Positions 40,451 to 54,548 of a stretch of DNA of 64,000 nucleotides are shown in pieces. Below the pieces are notes generated by a model. It was not told where the DNA came from. It worked only from the letters and a program-made list of their open reading frames with translations, and made no database searches. The stretch covers positions 89,962,001 through 90,026,000 of the forward strand of contig NC_067400.1 in NCBI RefSeq assembly GCF_016432865.1, read 5' to 3'. The position numbers and the translations under genes were made by a program. This DNA comes from Antechinus flavipes. Taxonomy: Eukaryota. Positions within the stretch are counted from its first letter, which is position 1, and every line of letters starts with the position of its first letter.

Positions 40451-40598
40451 TTTTTTTTTTTTCCTGAGGCAATTGGGGTTAAGTGGTTTGCCCAGGGTCA
40501 CACAGCTAGGAAGTGTTAAGTGGCTGAGGCCAGGTTTGAATTTAGGTCCTCCTGCTTTCAGGGCTGGTGCTCTATCCACTGCACTACTTAGCTGCCTC
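40451..40598 (-). mobile_element. WSINE1-like SINE with TSD
   Basis: Poly-T tail and full body. TSD aagatttaattct at 40438-40450 and ~40600-40612. Confidence 0.9.
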
Positions 40599-41679
40599 CA
40601 AGATTTAATTCTATATGTAAAAATCAGCAAGCACATCCATCTCAGTATGCACATCTGCTTTCCTCCTTAATTAATGGCAACATTTATATGTATACCAAAG
40701 AATTTTTTAAAAATAAATTTCTTTATTATTTATTATCAGCAAATATTTGATTTGCATCCCTATTTTATATACCTACATGCCCAGGTGGGAGAAACTCAGT
40801 AGAAAAAGTTTAAGAAGACTGCAACATCCATAAGAAACCCTTCCTCAGGCCATACATCGGAACAGACCATGGAAACAAATCTGGAGAACACTAGAACTAA
40901 GGATGCTATGGCTATTATGATTATTTCTGAATCTCCTCCATCATAGTGGTAAATACTTTCAGTGAGCATTTTTTCTAGCTGATCCCCAACCCAAAGTGCT
41001 CTAGCTTCTCTGCTCTGCCTACTGATCTCCTTAGCTTCCTTTAAGTCTCAAACGCCTTCTACTGGAAACCTTCCCCAACTCTTATTAATTGAAAAAGCCT
41101 TTCTGTTAATCATTTCCTATTTATCCTGTACATAGCCTGCTTTAGATATAATTGTTTGCATGTTCTTTCCCCATTAGATTGTATGCTCCTTGAGCTCAGA
41201 AACTACCTTTTGCCTCTTTTTGTGTCCCCTGTACTAAACACAGTTCCTGGCACATGGTAGGTTTTTAATAAATGTCAATTGATTGATTGATTATACCTTA
41301 TCTGGTTATTAATTATCAGACAGTTATTAAACAGGGTTATTTCTTTTGTTTGGGAGCAGTTAGGAAGCTTAGAATCAGGAGACTCATCTTCCCAAGTACA
41401 AACCTGACTTCACACTTAGTAGCTGGGACACCCTGGGCAAGTCACTTGACCCTATTTGCCTCAGTTTTCTCATCTGTAAAATGAGCTGGAGAAGGAAATG
41501 GCAAACCAATCCAGTATCTTTGCCCAAAAATCCCAAATGGGGGGGCACTGAGTCCACATGACCAAGGATTTCTTTTGTTATACTCCCAGGGAATGCTGTG
41601 TGATCTTGATCCATGGCAGATATCTTGTTGTAAATGAGATTATAAGGCAGTATCATGTTTTAGCAAGATGAATGCTTTT

Positions 41680-41811
41680 TAAAATTTTTTTTATTACTAA
41701 AGCTTTTTATTTACAAAGCATATGCATGGGTAATTTTTCCAATATTGACCCTTGCCTAACCTTTTGTTGCAAATTTTCCCCTCCTTCCTCCCAACCCCTC
41801 CCCTAGCTGGC
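41680..41811 (-). mobile_element. Short L1 3' end
   Basis: 14-bp TSD agatgaatgctttt at 41666-41679 and 41812-41825. Confidence 0.85.
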
Positions 41812-43809
41812 AGATGAATGCTTTTCATAATAAACAATAGAGTTTTTAATTTTCAGCATCTTTCAATCAATTGTGCGATGGTAAAGATGTGGCTAATTAC
41901 TGAATATTGATTGAAAAAGATTGTTTCCTACTGATACTCTCATTAAGGATGTTTGCTGTTCATTTTAGTCTAATTTCCCCATTAGATCAATGGCAGGGAT
42001 CACACAGTGCTATCCCTCTCCAGACTTTCCCAGTCTGTCTCTTCCTGCCCCCAACAATCCCAGAGATGACCCCTAGAAAGTGGGGACTCTAACTTACACA
42101 TTTTGTATTCTGCATGATTCCTTACACAGCACCTTGCATAGGAAAGGCCCTCAATAAATTATCTAATGAAGGAATGGAATACATGCTAGACCAAGGAATA
42201 AAGTCTCTGGGGGAAACACAGAATCCAGAGTGAGAGCATCCACTTGCCTGGCTTATCTTCTTTCATTCCAAGCACCCTGTCTTAAGTTTGTGTCTTCCCT
42301 TAGGAGAGCAGCTCCTGCGCTAATACTCAGTGTACCCACACTTACTTTATCATTCATACCTTCCTTCAAACCCACTTCCCCAATTCATTTTATTCCTCAG
42401 TCAGAACAACTTTCTCTTGGCAAACTTCTTGACTTCTACCAAACATGGAGGATGTGAACTAGTGACCGCAAGATGAAAAGCTCTATATCCTATTATCAAA
42501 TTCCCTAAGCCACCTACTTTCCAAAAGCAGATTTCAATTATTTCCAAATATCAGCAGATAATATTATTATTATTGGACATGGGTTTTTTCCCCTTTGGGA
42601 TATTAATAGGTCTTATCTCCTATTACAAATTGTAAATATCTGGCATATAATTGTTCTATTTTATTAATAATATCTTACATATGTAGGTGATATCTTAAAT
42701 GCTCTTAATCTCATTTCATCCTTGAATAAAAAAAAATAATCATAATACTTTAAAAAAAGTTTTTAAAATTTTTGAAAAAGAGAACATCCTTGAGTCAAGT
42801 CCATAAAGTAGACTGTAGAATACATTTTACAGATGAGGAAAATGTAGTACAGAGATGATAAGTGACTTATGAAAACAGAATAAGAATTAAATCTTTAAAA
42901 TATTTCTTGTTCTCATGCAATGTGCATGCTATGTACTTCAGGGTATAACAATAAAATATAGTCCTTGACCTCAAGGATCTTCTATTTATTCATTCATTCA
43001 TTCATTCAAAACCATAGTAGACTACAGAAACAAATCTGGAGAATCTTAGGACTTAGGATGCTATGATTATTTTTTCTGACTCTGTCTAAACAAAAGCACT
43101 CCCTTATCTCCCCGAAGTTTCAACTTCTGAGGTAACTTATAGTATCCAGTATTATAAATAGGATTGTCCATCTCTATCACTCTTTAGATGTAACTTCTTC
43201 TAGATGTCTTCACTCAGTAAATTGCCTCCACTGAATTTGCCACTCAAAATCTCTTGAAGAGCTTTGTTTTTTACAAAGATGGTTGATTATTACATGCTTC
43301 TTGTACACCAGGTATCCAAAACTTCATATACTTTGTCCTTTTTTTTTTTTTTTTACATTTTTACTTAAAGTTTTGAGTTTGAAATTTTATCCTTACTTCC
43401 CTCCTTCCTCATCTCCCTTCTTGGAATGGTAAGCAATCAGATATATGTTATATATGTGTAATTATGTAAAACATTTCCATTTTAGTTATTTTGTACAAGA
43501 AGATTTGAATAAAAGAAAAATATGAAAAAAGGAAAGTGAAAATAGCATGCTTCAATCTGTATTTAAACTATCAGTTCTTTCTCTGGAGGCAGCATGCTTC
43601 ATAATTAGTTCTTTGGGATTTTCTTGGATCAATATTGCTAAATCATTCACAATTCTTCATCAAACAATATTGCTATTCTATTCTATTATTCATTTCACTA
43701 TGCTGTCAGTTCATTTAAGTCTTTCCAGGTTTTTCTGAAATCATCCTGAAGAAGGGAAAATTCTAAAAGTTCATGGGAGAAAATATTGTACCTTATTAAT
43801 ACCAAAAAA

Positions 43810-44420
43810 AAAAAAAGTGACAAAAACGACTACCAACCTAGTTTCTCATCTATACAAAATTTAATGCAAATCATCTACACTAGAATCAAGGACATCCTTG
43901 GTGACTGTATTGTTATGAAACAAGCAGGCTTCACAAAAGATATTTGACAATAAATCATATTTTTGTTGATTATAAAGATGGATTTAATTTAATAGAACAA
44001 AATGCTATCTCAAAATTTCTTTTCCACTGAATTTTCTATTCAATCCATTTCATCCATATATTAAAAATCACTCAAGATTCCTTGAAAGATAAAAGAAGAA
44101 AAATAATCCCCTTCAATGATCATAAACATCAGGAGAGGCAGAAAACAAGGAGATTAATCTTTGCTCAAAGTGTTAACTGTTGTGATGGAAGAGCCCCAGG
44201 GCAATCTAAATGGAATAAAGTATGAATAGTTTGAATATTGATGTTCAAGTGTTCCTGTTTGTGGATGATGTCATGCTCAGTACTTCAAGCCCCAGAACAT
44301 TTCAGAGTCTTTGGGAAGGGATCTAGAATCAATCAGAGGAGTTTGGCCTGTCTGGCTACGCAAGAAAGACCACGCAGACAAAGATTATCTGTTGCCCAGA
44401 TTTCAACATGCATTTAGATG
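43810..44420 (+). mobile_element. Degraded RTE LINE RT-domain fragment
   Basis: Remnants of RT motifs: tctcatctatacaaa (SHLYK), caagcaggcttc (QAGF), gtttgtggatgatgtcatgct (FADD-like). Confidence 0.6.
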
Positions 44421-46149
44421 GATTTGTAGGATTTTTAGGATTTTTGGCTTTGTAATACTCTGCATTTCATCTTATGAATTTAAAAACATTATCCTCCCCA
44501 ACTGAGAAATGGTCAAAGGATATGAATGGGCAATTTTAGAAGGAAGAAATCTAAGTTATCAATGGTCATATAAAAAATGCTTTTAAAAGCTCATAATAAG
44601 AGAAATGCAAATTACAATCACTTTAAAATGCCATCTCATAGTCATTAGATTAAATAAGATGACAAAAAATAGAAAATGTCAAATGATGGATGACACATGG
44701 GAAAATAGGCATACTAATACACTGTTAATGGAGCTGTGAACTGTTCCAACAATTCTAGAAAGTCATTTGGACCTATACCCCAAAGTCTATTAAATTGTGC
44801 ATATCCTATGACCCAGCACATGTACAACTAGAATTATATACCAAAGAGATCAAAAAGGAAAAGAGCTCACAAACAAAAATATTTATAGCTAATCTTATTG
44901 TGATAGTGAAGAACTGGAATGTACATCAGTTGGGGAATGGCTGAATAAATTGTGGTGTATGATTGGATAAAATACCATTGTCCTACAAGAAATGATGAAG
45001 GAGATAGTTTCAGAAAAACTTGGGATATTCAATTGTGAAAGACTTAGTAACTCTGATCAACACAATGATCCACTTATCCATTTTCAGATAAAGAACTGAT
45101 GAACTCAAAGTGCAAATTGAAGTGTATTTCTTCTTTCTTTCATTTATTCTTTTCTTTCTTCCTTTTTGGAACATGTCTAATGCAGAAATTTTTTTGTATA
45201 CCTATCATATTTGTAAAAATTGTTTTTTGTTGTTGTTTTGTTTTTCTTACTTTCTCGAGTGGGGGAGGACATAGGAGGAAAGAGGAAATTTGAATTTTTT
45301 TTTAAATGTCTCTGTCCTTTACATAAAAATTTTATTCTTGCAAGGGATCCCTAGCCTTCACCAGATTGCAAAAGGAGTCTGTGACATTAAAAATGTTAAG
45401 AATATTACAGTAGGATTCTTAAAATTTTTTGTGGCCTGGACATCTTTGACAATCTGATAGACTATGGACTCCTCATGTTTTAGATTAATCAAATTAAATG
45501 CAGAGGATTATAACAGAAATCAATTATATTAAAATGCATCTATCAATATGTGTTTTTTTTTTAATTTCACAGATCCCAGATTAGAATCCCTGACATCCAG
45601 TTTGTCCAAAAATATATCTATCTAGAAGTTATAATATAGATGAACAATGAATTAAACCTAGAATTTAATAGGAGGAAAAGAAGTATTGTAAAGAACCACC
45701 AGAAGGCACATAGTCCTGGATTGTTGTTTGTCCTTCATTTTCAAAGGGGACTTGATGTGTGTGTGAATTGTATTTAGGCAGATTTGCAGAGTCGTCAAAG
45801 TCCACTGGCAGGAGGAAAATCTGTACAACTGCAGACGACCTGATCGATCCAGCCCTGCACACCACAATCCGTTTCAGCTGCCTTCAGGGCCATGGGAGCA
45901 AACCGTCTTCATTGGCCATTCCTGCCGGGGAAGTCTCCACTGCTTGAGATGGACATCCTCCTAACTCACCAATGGGTGAGGGCCTTTCAGTTATCCTCTG
46001 CCTAGTTTAGACTGTTAGGACAATTTTATTAGGATGTGACTGCTTCCTATGCCACAATTTCCTGGAGCCATAATTGAGATTCAGGTGGCCAGCTAGACAC
46101 CCAAAAAGTGGATGAGCAGCCCTGAAAATAGCTCATTAAGTACACCACC

Positions 46150-47640
46150 ATAGGTGCTAGAAAGGCAAGAATATTGGAAAGAGAGAAAGGGGAAAATTTG
46201 TGAAAAGCTTTAAATGCCAAACAATTGATTTTATATTTGATCCTGGAAGTAAGAGGCAGTCACTGGAGTGTACTAAATAGAGGGTGGTGAAATGGTGCAA
46301 ACTGTGTTGAGGAAATCCACTTTGGTACCTAAGTGGAGGATACATTAGAGTGGGAAAGATTTAAGGCAGATAGACCCATGAGAACTCTATGGAAAGGTGA
46401 TGAGTCTACATCAAGCTGATGGTTGTGTATGTGAAGAGAAAGGGACATAAAATATTATAAAGGTAGAAATGATAATTCATAATCAAATGTGTCACAATTG
46501 AATGAAAGTAAAAAGTGGATAATACTGAGGTCGTGTGCCAGAGTAACTAGGAGGATGGTGGGGATCCTCAAGTTATAAGGAAGGTTAGAAGAGGTAAGGA
46601 TTTGAGAGAAAGAAAGGTAATGAGCTCTGTTTTGGAAATGTTGAATTTGAGATGTCTTTCAGATACTCAATTTGAGATGTCCAAGAAGCAGTTGGTCATA
46701 TGAGACTAGAAGCCAGGAGAGGTTTGGATTGGATCAATAAATTTGGGAATCATCTGCATAGAGATGATCATTGAACACATGACTGCTTAACGAGATTACA
46801 AAGTGAGATATTATATACAGTGATTCTCAATATGTAGTTTAGGGATCCCTGGGGGATCTTGAAACCCTTTAGGGGATTCCTTGAAGTTGAATCTATTTTA
46901 TAATAATACTAGAGTAATTTACTTTCTAATTTCTAATTCTAAATATTAATAGATATAACCATTTAAACAAAAGCTTTTAGGATCATCAATATTTTTAAGA
47001 GTATAAAGGGGTCCTGAGTCCAAAAAGCTTAAGAATCCCTGCTGTAGAGGTATCAGACAAGTAAGAGGAAAGGCTGGAAAGAGCAATGTTATGAAAACCT
47101 AGAGAGAAGAATTTATCTTAGAGGAGAGGATGATCAATAGCATCAAAGACTGCAGGAAGATTTTTTTTTAAGTAATGGATTGAGAAAATGCCATTTGATT
47201 TGGCAGTTAAAAGATCATTGATAATTTTGGAGAGAGCAGTTTCAGTTAAATGATGAGGTTGGAAATCAGATTGCAGAGAAATTGGAATTTAACAGGAGGA
47301 AGCAACCAATGGACATGATCGTCTCCAGTTCAGCCACAAAAGGGAGAAGAGATATCAAATGACAACTGACAGGGATGTTTGAATCAAATGAGAGGTTTTT
47401 AAGGATGGGGGAGACATAGATGTGTTGGAAGATAGATAGCAGAGAAAACAGTAATTGAGAAACATTGAAAATACAGAGAGAGGGGTTGGAGAAAACAAGA
47501 TAGGATGGGATCAAGGATGAAAAGAGAGGTTTTTATCCTGGCAAAGATAAGGGCTGCATCTTCTGGGAGACAGGTGTGGAGGAAGAGATAATGGAGGAAA
47601 TGACTGAGTTTTATGAGATGAAGAGGGACATCTCAGCAAA
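46150..47640 (-). mobile_element. L2 remnant interrupted by a hAT element
   Basis: Purine-rich reverse L2 signature (gagatgtccaagaagcagttgg, gaatcatctgcatagagatga, gatcattgataattttggagagagcagtttcag). Confidence 0.7.
46818..47041 (+). mobile_element. hAT-Charlie-type MITE
   Basis: Termini CAGTGATTCTCAA...TTAAGAATCCCTG; internal agggatccctgggggatcttgaaaccc. Confidence 0.7.
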
Positions 47641-48229
47641 TAATCTCAATTTTATTAAAGAAATTTGAAACAGTCACATTTGCCACAATTGAAATTAAGG
47701 TAAACTGAGACACCAAGTCCAAACATTACAAGTTTATTATGGTAATCTATATTACTATATTAATTTAGTAACAAAGTGGATCAGCTGTTCTCAAATGAGA
47801 GGGTAAGAGAGGCAGTGCCTTGGGAGGTTCAAGGAGGAATAAAAATATTTGAAATAGCCACAGTGGTAGGTGGAAGACTGAATTCATTAGGGCGCTATAA
47901 ATGGATTGCCTATTTATCAGATCAAAACCAGCAAAGGGTAAGATGTTGAAGAAATATCCCAAGTTTCTCATGGAAACAAGAACTCGGATTTTTAATATCA
48001 ATATTTGACTGATATTGCTATTTGACAGCAACAAAATTCATTTGGAGGAATAAAGGATTTAGAAGCTCAAATAATGAAAAATGTAGGAATTAAGGAGGAT
48101 AATATTTCCAGACCTATAATTGTAATATAAAGTAGCAATTATCTAAAACAATTTTTGAGCTTGTTGGAAGTGAACTCACCACCTAGTATATACATTTTTT
48201 AAATAGTTGATTGATTGATATGTCATGAT

Positions 48230-48440
48230 TTTCCTCCATCCAGGTCACCCTCTTTCAGACATACCCCGGTTTTATCAATGTCCTTTTTAAAATACAATGC
48301 CAAAAAAATAATAAGCTGTGCTTCCAAAAGCTGAACCCCTCATTCTAGACCTGGTTTGACCAGGGCATGATATATAGCAAGGACTATTGCTTCCCTTGCT
48401 CTGAACACTTCACTTCTCTTAATGCAATCTCAGCTTAGAT
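48230..48440 (-). mobile_element. CR1/L3 LINE fragment
   Basis: aatgtcctttttaaaata...ctggtttgaccagggca...ggactattgcttcccttgctctgaacact...ttaatgcaatct resembles L3. Confidence 0.6.
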
Positions 48441-49599
48441 CCTAAGGTTTCAAGTGGAGATTGGGGATCACCTTAAAATTCTAAATTTGGTTACCATAAA
48501 AAATATTGTTGAAAAATCTGCAGATTGAAATGGGAGAGTGAAACATATGGTAGAACAAATGTGTGTAAATAGGCAGCCCTCTCTGCAGATACGTGCAGGA
48601 TAAACACTGTCCACATTCAGTGGAACAGACACAGAACTCCCACAGCCAGATTCACACATGCAGAGTTGCCAAGACAAATAGCAGCTCAGTTGGACTAAAT
48701 TGTGCAGCTATTTTAGAAGGTTCAAGTCACCTCTTTCTTGAACCCAGGACTCCTACCACTGAGATGCTTTCAGCCTTGGAAGAGGCAACTTAGGATACAT
48801 GGCATAAATAAACATAGTAGCTTTTACCATGTGTAGTATTCTACTGGTGAGAAGGCAATAAGTAATACTTGCAGAATGAAAAGGTTTCCCCATTATGAGC
48901 TTCCTAAGCCTGGTGAAAAAGTCAGAGAGCTCCTCTCATAATGTAGCCAGAAGAGAAACAAGGAAAGCTGAGATCTCTCCTTAAATGAAGTCCAACACCT
49001 CCGATCAGAAGGGCAGAGAAGGTAGTAAGTGATGATGAGACAGAGGTGCCATGACTGAAGAAAAAAATGAAAGTCTTTAATAGAAGGATTGGAAGCTAGG
49101 CCATAAAATGCCCTAATTTCTAAAACTAATCCTGGCTTAATAAATTAAAAAAATATGAAGCTGAAGGTGAAGTAATATGATGTGCCCACAGACACATTCA
49201 TGGTAAATAGGAGAAATAAGATTCAAATCCAGATCATCTGATTCAAAAATCACTCCTTTTCCCACTACTCTGCTTCCTTTGCCCCTTCTCTCCTATCAAC
49301 TTTTGCCTCTCATACTTATTCTCTTGTGGCACCATTTTGTAGCCTCCCACCTCTAATCATCTCTCTCATAAATAACTAACCTGGTGTTGCAAGAAAGTAT
49401 CAAAGTGAGTTTTTGCTGCTCGGCAAAATTCTCAATCCCACCCCAAAATAATGAGAAATACACCAAAGTAATTAAAAGAAACACGCCTATTCAAAAGGTA
49501 GAGAAATGTTTTGAAGCCCAGGTAGGACATGGCCAGCCTCAAGACCAATGGAAATCAGAGCAGAATTTAAGGTAGATATTAGAGCTGCTAAAGATGAAA

Positions 49600-50110
49600 T
49601 TTATACAGCAGTGCTATTACTGGGTCTGTATCTCAAGGAAACCATAAAGAAGGGAAAAGGACTCACATGTGCAAAAATGTTTGTAGCAGCTCTTTTTGTG
49701 GTAGCAAAGAATTGGAAAATGAGCAAATGCCCATAAATTGGAGAATGGCTGAATAAATTGTGGTATATGCATGTAATGGAATATTATTGTTCTATAATAA
49801 ATGATGGACATGTTGATATTAGAAAGACTTGGAATGATGCTGAGTGAAACAATCAAAACCAGGAGAACATTGTAAGCAAGACTGTGTATTGATCAACTAT
49901 TTTAGACTTGGGTTCTTCTCAGCAGTTCAGTGATACAAGGCAAGCTTAATAAACTTTGATGGAAAACGCCAACAGTATCCAGAGAGAGATCTGTAGAGGC
50001 TGAATGTACACATGCTACGTTCACTTTTTTTTTCCTCGTGTTTTTTCCCTTTTTGTTCTGATTTTTCTCTCCCAATATGTTTCATATGGAAATATGTAAA
50101 AAATTAGTGT
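49600..50110 (+). mobile_element. Older L1 ORF2 end plus 3'UTR
   Basis: ctattactgggtctgtatctcaagg...gggaaaaggactcacatgtgcaaaaatgtttgtagcagc. Confidence 0.8.
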
Positions 50111-51447
50111 ACATTATAAACTAAAAGAAAAATGTTGTTTTATATGTAACTGAAAAAAATTTAATGGAAAATGAAAAAATTCCCTTTGACAATACAAATT
50201 TGCCGCTTCCTGCCAAACAGTCTCAAGAGTTACAGGAAATACTGAGAGGTAGTGATTTGCGAGTTACACAGCCAATGTGTCTTGAAGCCAGTGTAAGTCT
50301 TGAACCTATGTCTTCATGTGTCCCAGACTTATGAGAGAAAAACAGAATATCTGAATAAGAGAATGACAGTTGAAATTTTTAAAAAAACAAAAAAACTCAG
50401 AAATGGAATAACTAAAGGTTTCCTGACTTTCACAGTTTCTGAATGATAGGTAACATGATTGTTTTTTATTGTGTTTTTACCCTCCCCTGAAGGTCTCAAA
50501 TCAACAAGACCCAAGACTACCTCTTTTTCTTTCCAATGGGAGCATGATTCAGGGCTGAAATCTCTCTTACCCATAGTTCTAAAAAAGCTGAACTTGGATC
50601 AGTTGGTTTTCTCTACTGCCTCTGAGCTCAGTTTGAGCCTCAAAAGGGATCCCTAGATTTCTTTAGCTCTGGCACATGGGTGATCTCTGTTGTTGTTGTA
50701 GTACCAATTTTCAATTGCGTCCAACTCTTCACAACCCCATTTAGGGTTTTCTTGGCAAGGATATTCGAGTGATTTTCCATTTCGTTCTCCAGCTCACTTT
50801 ATACATAAGGGAACTGAGGCAGGATCACACAGCTAGTAAGTGTCAGATGCCACATTTCTCACAGAAAGGAGTCTTTCTGACTCCAGGTCCAAGGCTCTCC
50901 CACCCAGCTGCCCCAGGCTTCTTTTTAAAACCCCAGGGAATGGGAATGGAAACATGACTTAATGATCAAGATTCTTAGAAGTTTCTCAGTTTCAGAAAAG
51001 TATAACCACAGCTATACAAGGATCAAAATTAAGATTTGGGAGTAGGGGGAGATGATAAATAAATGCAGAAATTAATGTACAAGGTACCTTTTGGCTTCAC
51101 CATAATGAAGAGGAAATTCATTTTCAGTCTACTAATTCTCTCTTCTCTATTCTCTCCTCCATCTCCTACTCACTGCTCACCTCCTTACAATTTGGGTTCC
51201 AATGTCATCATTTCACTGAAAGAGATGTTTCCAAAATGATCAGAGTTCCAGTGCAATGACCTTTTTCTACCATCTACCTCTAATTTTTACAGCATCTGAC
51301 ACATTGTGGAGTTCTTCTTTCTAGCTACATTTTACTTAGCTACTGATGCTGCATTCTCATGGTTCTGCTACCTCTCTGATTATTTCTTCCAGATTTTTTC
51401 TGTGATTTCCCAATCTTCCTGATACCATTTCAACAAGATAAACCAAG

Positions 51448-51581
51448 GCGACTACCTGCCATCTAGGGGAAGGGGTGGAGGGAAAGAGGGGAAAAGTTGG
51501 AACAGAAGTTTTTGCAAGGGTCAGTGTTGAAAAATTACCCATGCATGTTTTGTCAATAAAAAGCTATAATTAAAAAAAAAA
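51448..51581 (+). mobile_element. Short L1 3' end inside an L2 remnant
   Basis: 13-bp TSD aagataaaccaag at 51435-51447 and 51582-51594. Confidence 0.87.
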
Positions 51582-52004
51582 AAGATAAACCAAGAATCTA
51601 GCTGGGGTCCTCTTTTTTTTTTCTTTTCTCTAATCCTCTTCCTTGATGATCACATTCATTTCCATCACTTCAGTTATTGCTTCTAGACTTGTAAATCTAC
51701 ATCTTTACTTTTATCCTCTTTCCAAAAGTTCATTTCCAAATGTTGAATTGTCTACTAGTTAACTGCATGTAAATATCTCACATACTACACTCACCCACTT
51801 CAAAAATGAACTCTTTCCCCACTAAATCTGCCCTTCTTCCTAATATTTCTCTGTTTTTAGCATTACCAACCTATTAGTCATCCATCTTATAACCTCAGAT
51901 ACACTCTTAATTCTCCAAACACCAGGTCCAACTGCTCTAGTCAAAACATTAACTGACTCTATGCTAACTTCTCTTGCTCCCTCTCTCCCCTTATTTTGTT
52001 TGGA

Positions 52005-52851
52005 CTTTTGTAATTAGAGGCAACTAACTAGTTCTTACAGACCTTATGCAACAATTTGTAATGGCTATTTAAAAAAAAAAAAACACATCACCATTATGTG
52101 ATCAAGAGTCTTGAAGACTGACTGAAATTCTGGGGATATTTGTCTCCACCATATTTGGAAGCATGCTTATCACTTTCACTGTTCCATATTTTAAAAACTG
52201 AATTGTGCCAGAAAACAAACAAAAAACATGCCAATATCATTTCCTTCTTGGGTAATTATCATATCTCTCACAGTCCCTTCAACAAAATGCAAAACAATTC
52301 ACTTATAAGCATTTTCAATGGACAATGGAAGGTCCAGAATCATCATACTCCAGGAGACCAGGAGAGAGCTTTTAATAGAGTACTTGAATTCTGATGGGAC
52401 AATGATATAAATTTCCATTGTTCTCACTGAAAAGTGAGAACTTCTAACTCTTAGCAGCCATGCCAGAGTACATTATAACAACATGGCATTGCCATATAGA
52501 TCTTTATTAGTTGGTCACATTTCATAATAGAGTTGAAGATAATTTTTTTGTTTACCAAAGGATTTTATACCTAAGATGATGGGAAGACACACTGAGCATC
52601 TCAAAAGAGCTTCATCCACCTTGGCTATCTCCTGCTCAAAATCTATGGCAACCTTACAGATTTCCGTCTTGCTTGTAGAAGTGAAGTGCCTCCATGATGG
52701 TGAGCTGGACAGATGGGGGAAAGGGTAGCATAGGGAATAGCTGTATATGTCCATAATATGGATTACGGAATCTATTACAATATCAGTATTACAACCAGAG
52801 ACAAACAGGGATAGTACAGTTTGAATGGCAATATATGTAACTTAAACACAC
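52005..52851 (-). pseudogene. ACTB: 5'-truncated, heavily decayed beta-actin processed pseudogene with 3'UTR remnant
   Basis: Colinear intronless actin blocks: YIAIQTVLSLFVSGCNTDIVIDS (52835-52767), FTSTSKTEI/CKVAIDFEQEIA, LGIKSFG, FNSIMKCD, DLYGN, MYSGMA, TMEIYIIVPSEFKY, EYDDSGPSIVH*KCL* (stop 52305-52303). Then the ACTB-specific UTR motifs attggcatg, tttaaaatatggaacagtgaaagtga and tttaaatagccattacaaat. Confidence 0.9.
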
Positions 52852-54428
52852 TCTCTTCAGAAAATTCCAAGAACTGAGATACAGAAAGCATAAAAAATGA
52901 AGACTAAGTTGACAAAATATGTTTTGCCAAACACAAATATCAGAGGGTGATAGTCAAAGATTTTTTTTTGTAAAAGAAAATGCATTGCTTGTGAAATAGT
53001 CACTAAAACACTTTTGAATTGTGAAGTTTGCCCCCTAGTGGGGAAACAATGGATGGTTATACTTAAAAGTAATAAGGCAATAATTATCACTCTAAATAAT
53101 TTGTAGACACATTACCTAAAATTCTTAGCAAAGTGTTTCAGGTTGGCAAGTATTAGTTGTCTCCTGCCCTCAATGAAGTTACTTATTTGTGTGTATTGAA
53201 ATTAGTTCCTGGAAAAATTGGTTTTTAGTACAAAATGATCTTCAACCAAATTATGAAATCTGACCAGCTGACAAATATCTATATGGCCATGCCATGTTGT
53301 TTCATAGTATTATAAAGTATCCCAGCCCAGCGGACAAGATGTAGAGGGAGCTTTTAGCAAGAAGAATGGAAATTCATATCATTACCCCACTTGAGTTTAC
53401 AGTTTACAGAAAATCAGTTTATATATAATTTATAGCAAAATAATTGTAGATTTTTAACAACAAAGAGTTTGTGGGATATGTTGAAAGATTGGGGGAGAAC
53501 TGATTAAGTCCTCTACTTAACCATAAATATTCCCTAGGTGCTCTTCTCCTTCAAAGTTATAAGAAAAAATGCAAAACTCCAAGTTACAGATTGCTATACC
53601 GATCAATTCAAAAAACATCTAAGTTCTATGTGCAAAGAAAGCACTGATAAACACTGGTGGAAAAGGGTAGTCTCTAATTTCTGGGTTCCTCTTTAAGTTC
53701 TCCAGAACCAAAAGCTGCACTCCTAAACAAAAAGCATTGCCTTTTCTGGTCTCAAACATAAAAGCTCCAAGTCGCTCCAGCCTTCCTCCTTCTAATGTCC
53801 CATTCCCTAAGATTTGTGATGTAAAAAGAATATCTGACCTATCAGAGATAACTTCATTTTGAACTCTGAATTCTTAGGATCCAGTACAGAGATGTGCAAT
53901 TGATTTACAAAGTTCCACTATATCTAAGCAGTTAACAATGACTTGAGAGTCATTTTACCTAGTTATAGTACCCTCATCTACTGTGTTCAAGGAATTTTAA
54001 CAGAATTCTGTTTTTACTCTCACTGAACCATTTGAGGTACTCAATTTCAGTTTCAAATTTACTAAGACTTTGAAAAAGAAAATTTTTTAGAATACATTAG
54101 CCATTTAAAAAATTTAGAACGTAAGGTTGCCATGCAAAAAAAAAAAAAGATTTACACAATTACACAATTAATTTCTTCTTGTCCTATCTTCAGTGTATTA
54201 CATCTTGAAGAGTATGAGAGGTAATGTAATTTCACAGAGAGTCCTGACTTGAATTCAAAGCACTGTTTGAATCCAGTCTCAGATGTTTAATAAGTGCGTG
54301 ACCCTTGGTAAAAGCCTCAGGTATTCATCTGTAAAAGGCAAGGGTTTGGATAAGATGGTGGATCACTTGGGAGATATAACATCAATTAGGAGGCATTTGA
54401 GGAGGCTCAAGGAGAAATATCTAATTTA

Positions 54429-54548
54429 TAAGTCCTAATAAATGTGGAAGCAGAAAATTTTGTTTGTAAGTCCTAATAAATGTGGAAGCAGAAAATTTTG
54501 TTTGTAAGTCCTAATAAATGTGGAAGCAGAAAATTTATCATGTAAGTC
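54429..54548 (+). repeat. 38-bp minisatellite, 3 copies
   Basis: Unit taagtcctaataaatgtggaagcagaaaattttgtttg. Copies 1-2 are identical; copy 3 differs at its end. Confidence 0.95.

Noticed and set aside
54429-54548. 38-bp repeats as a CRISPR-like array
   Set aside because: Head-to-tail tandem units with no unique spacers, in mammalian DNA.
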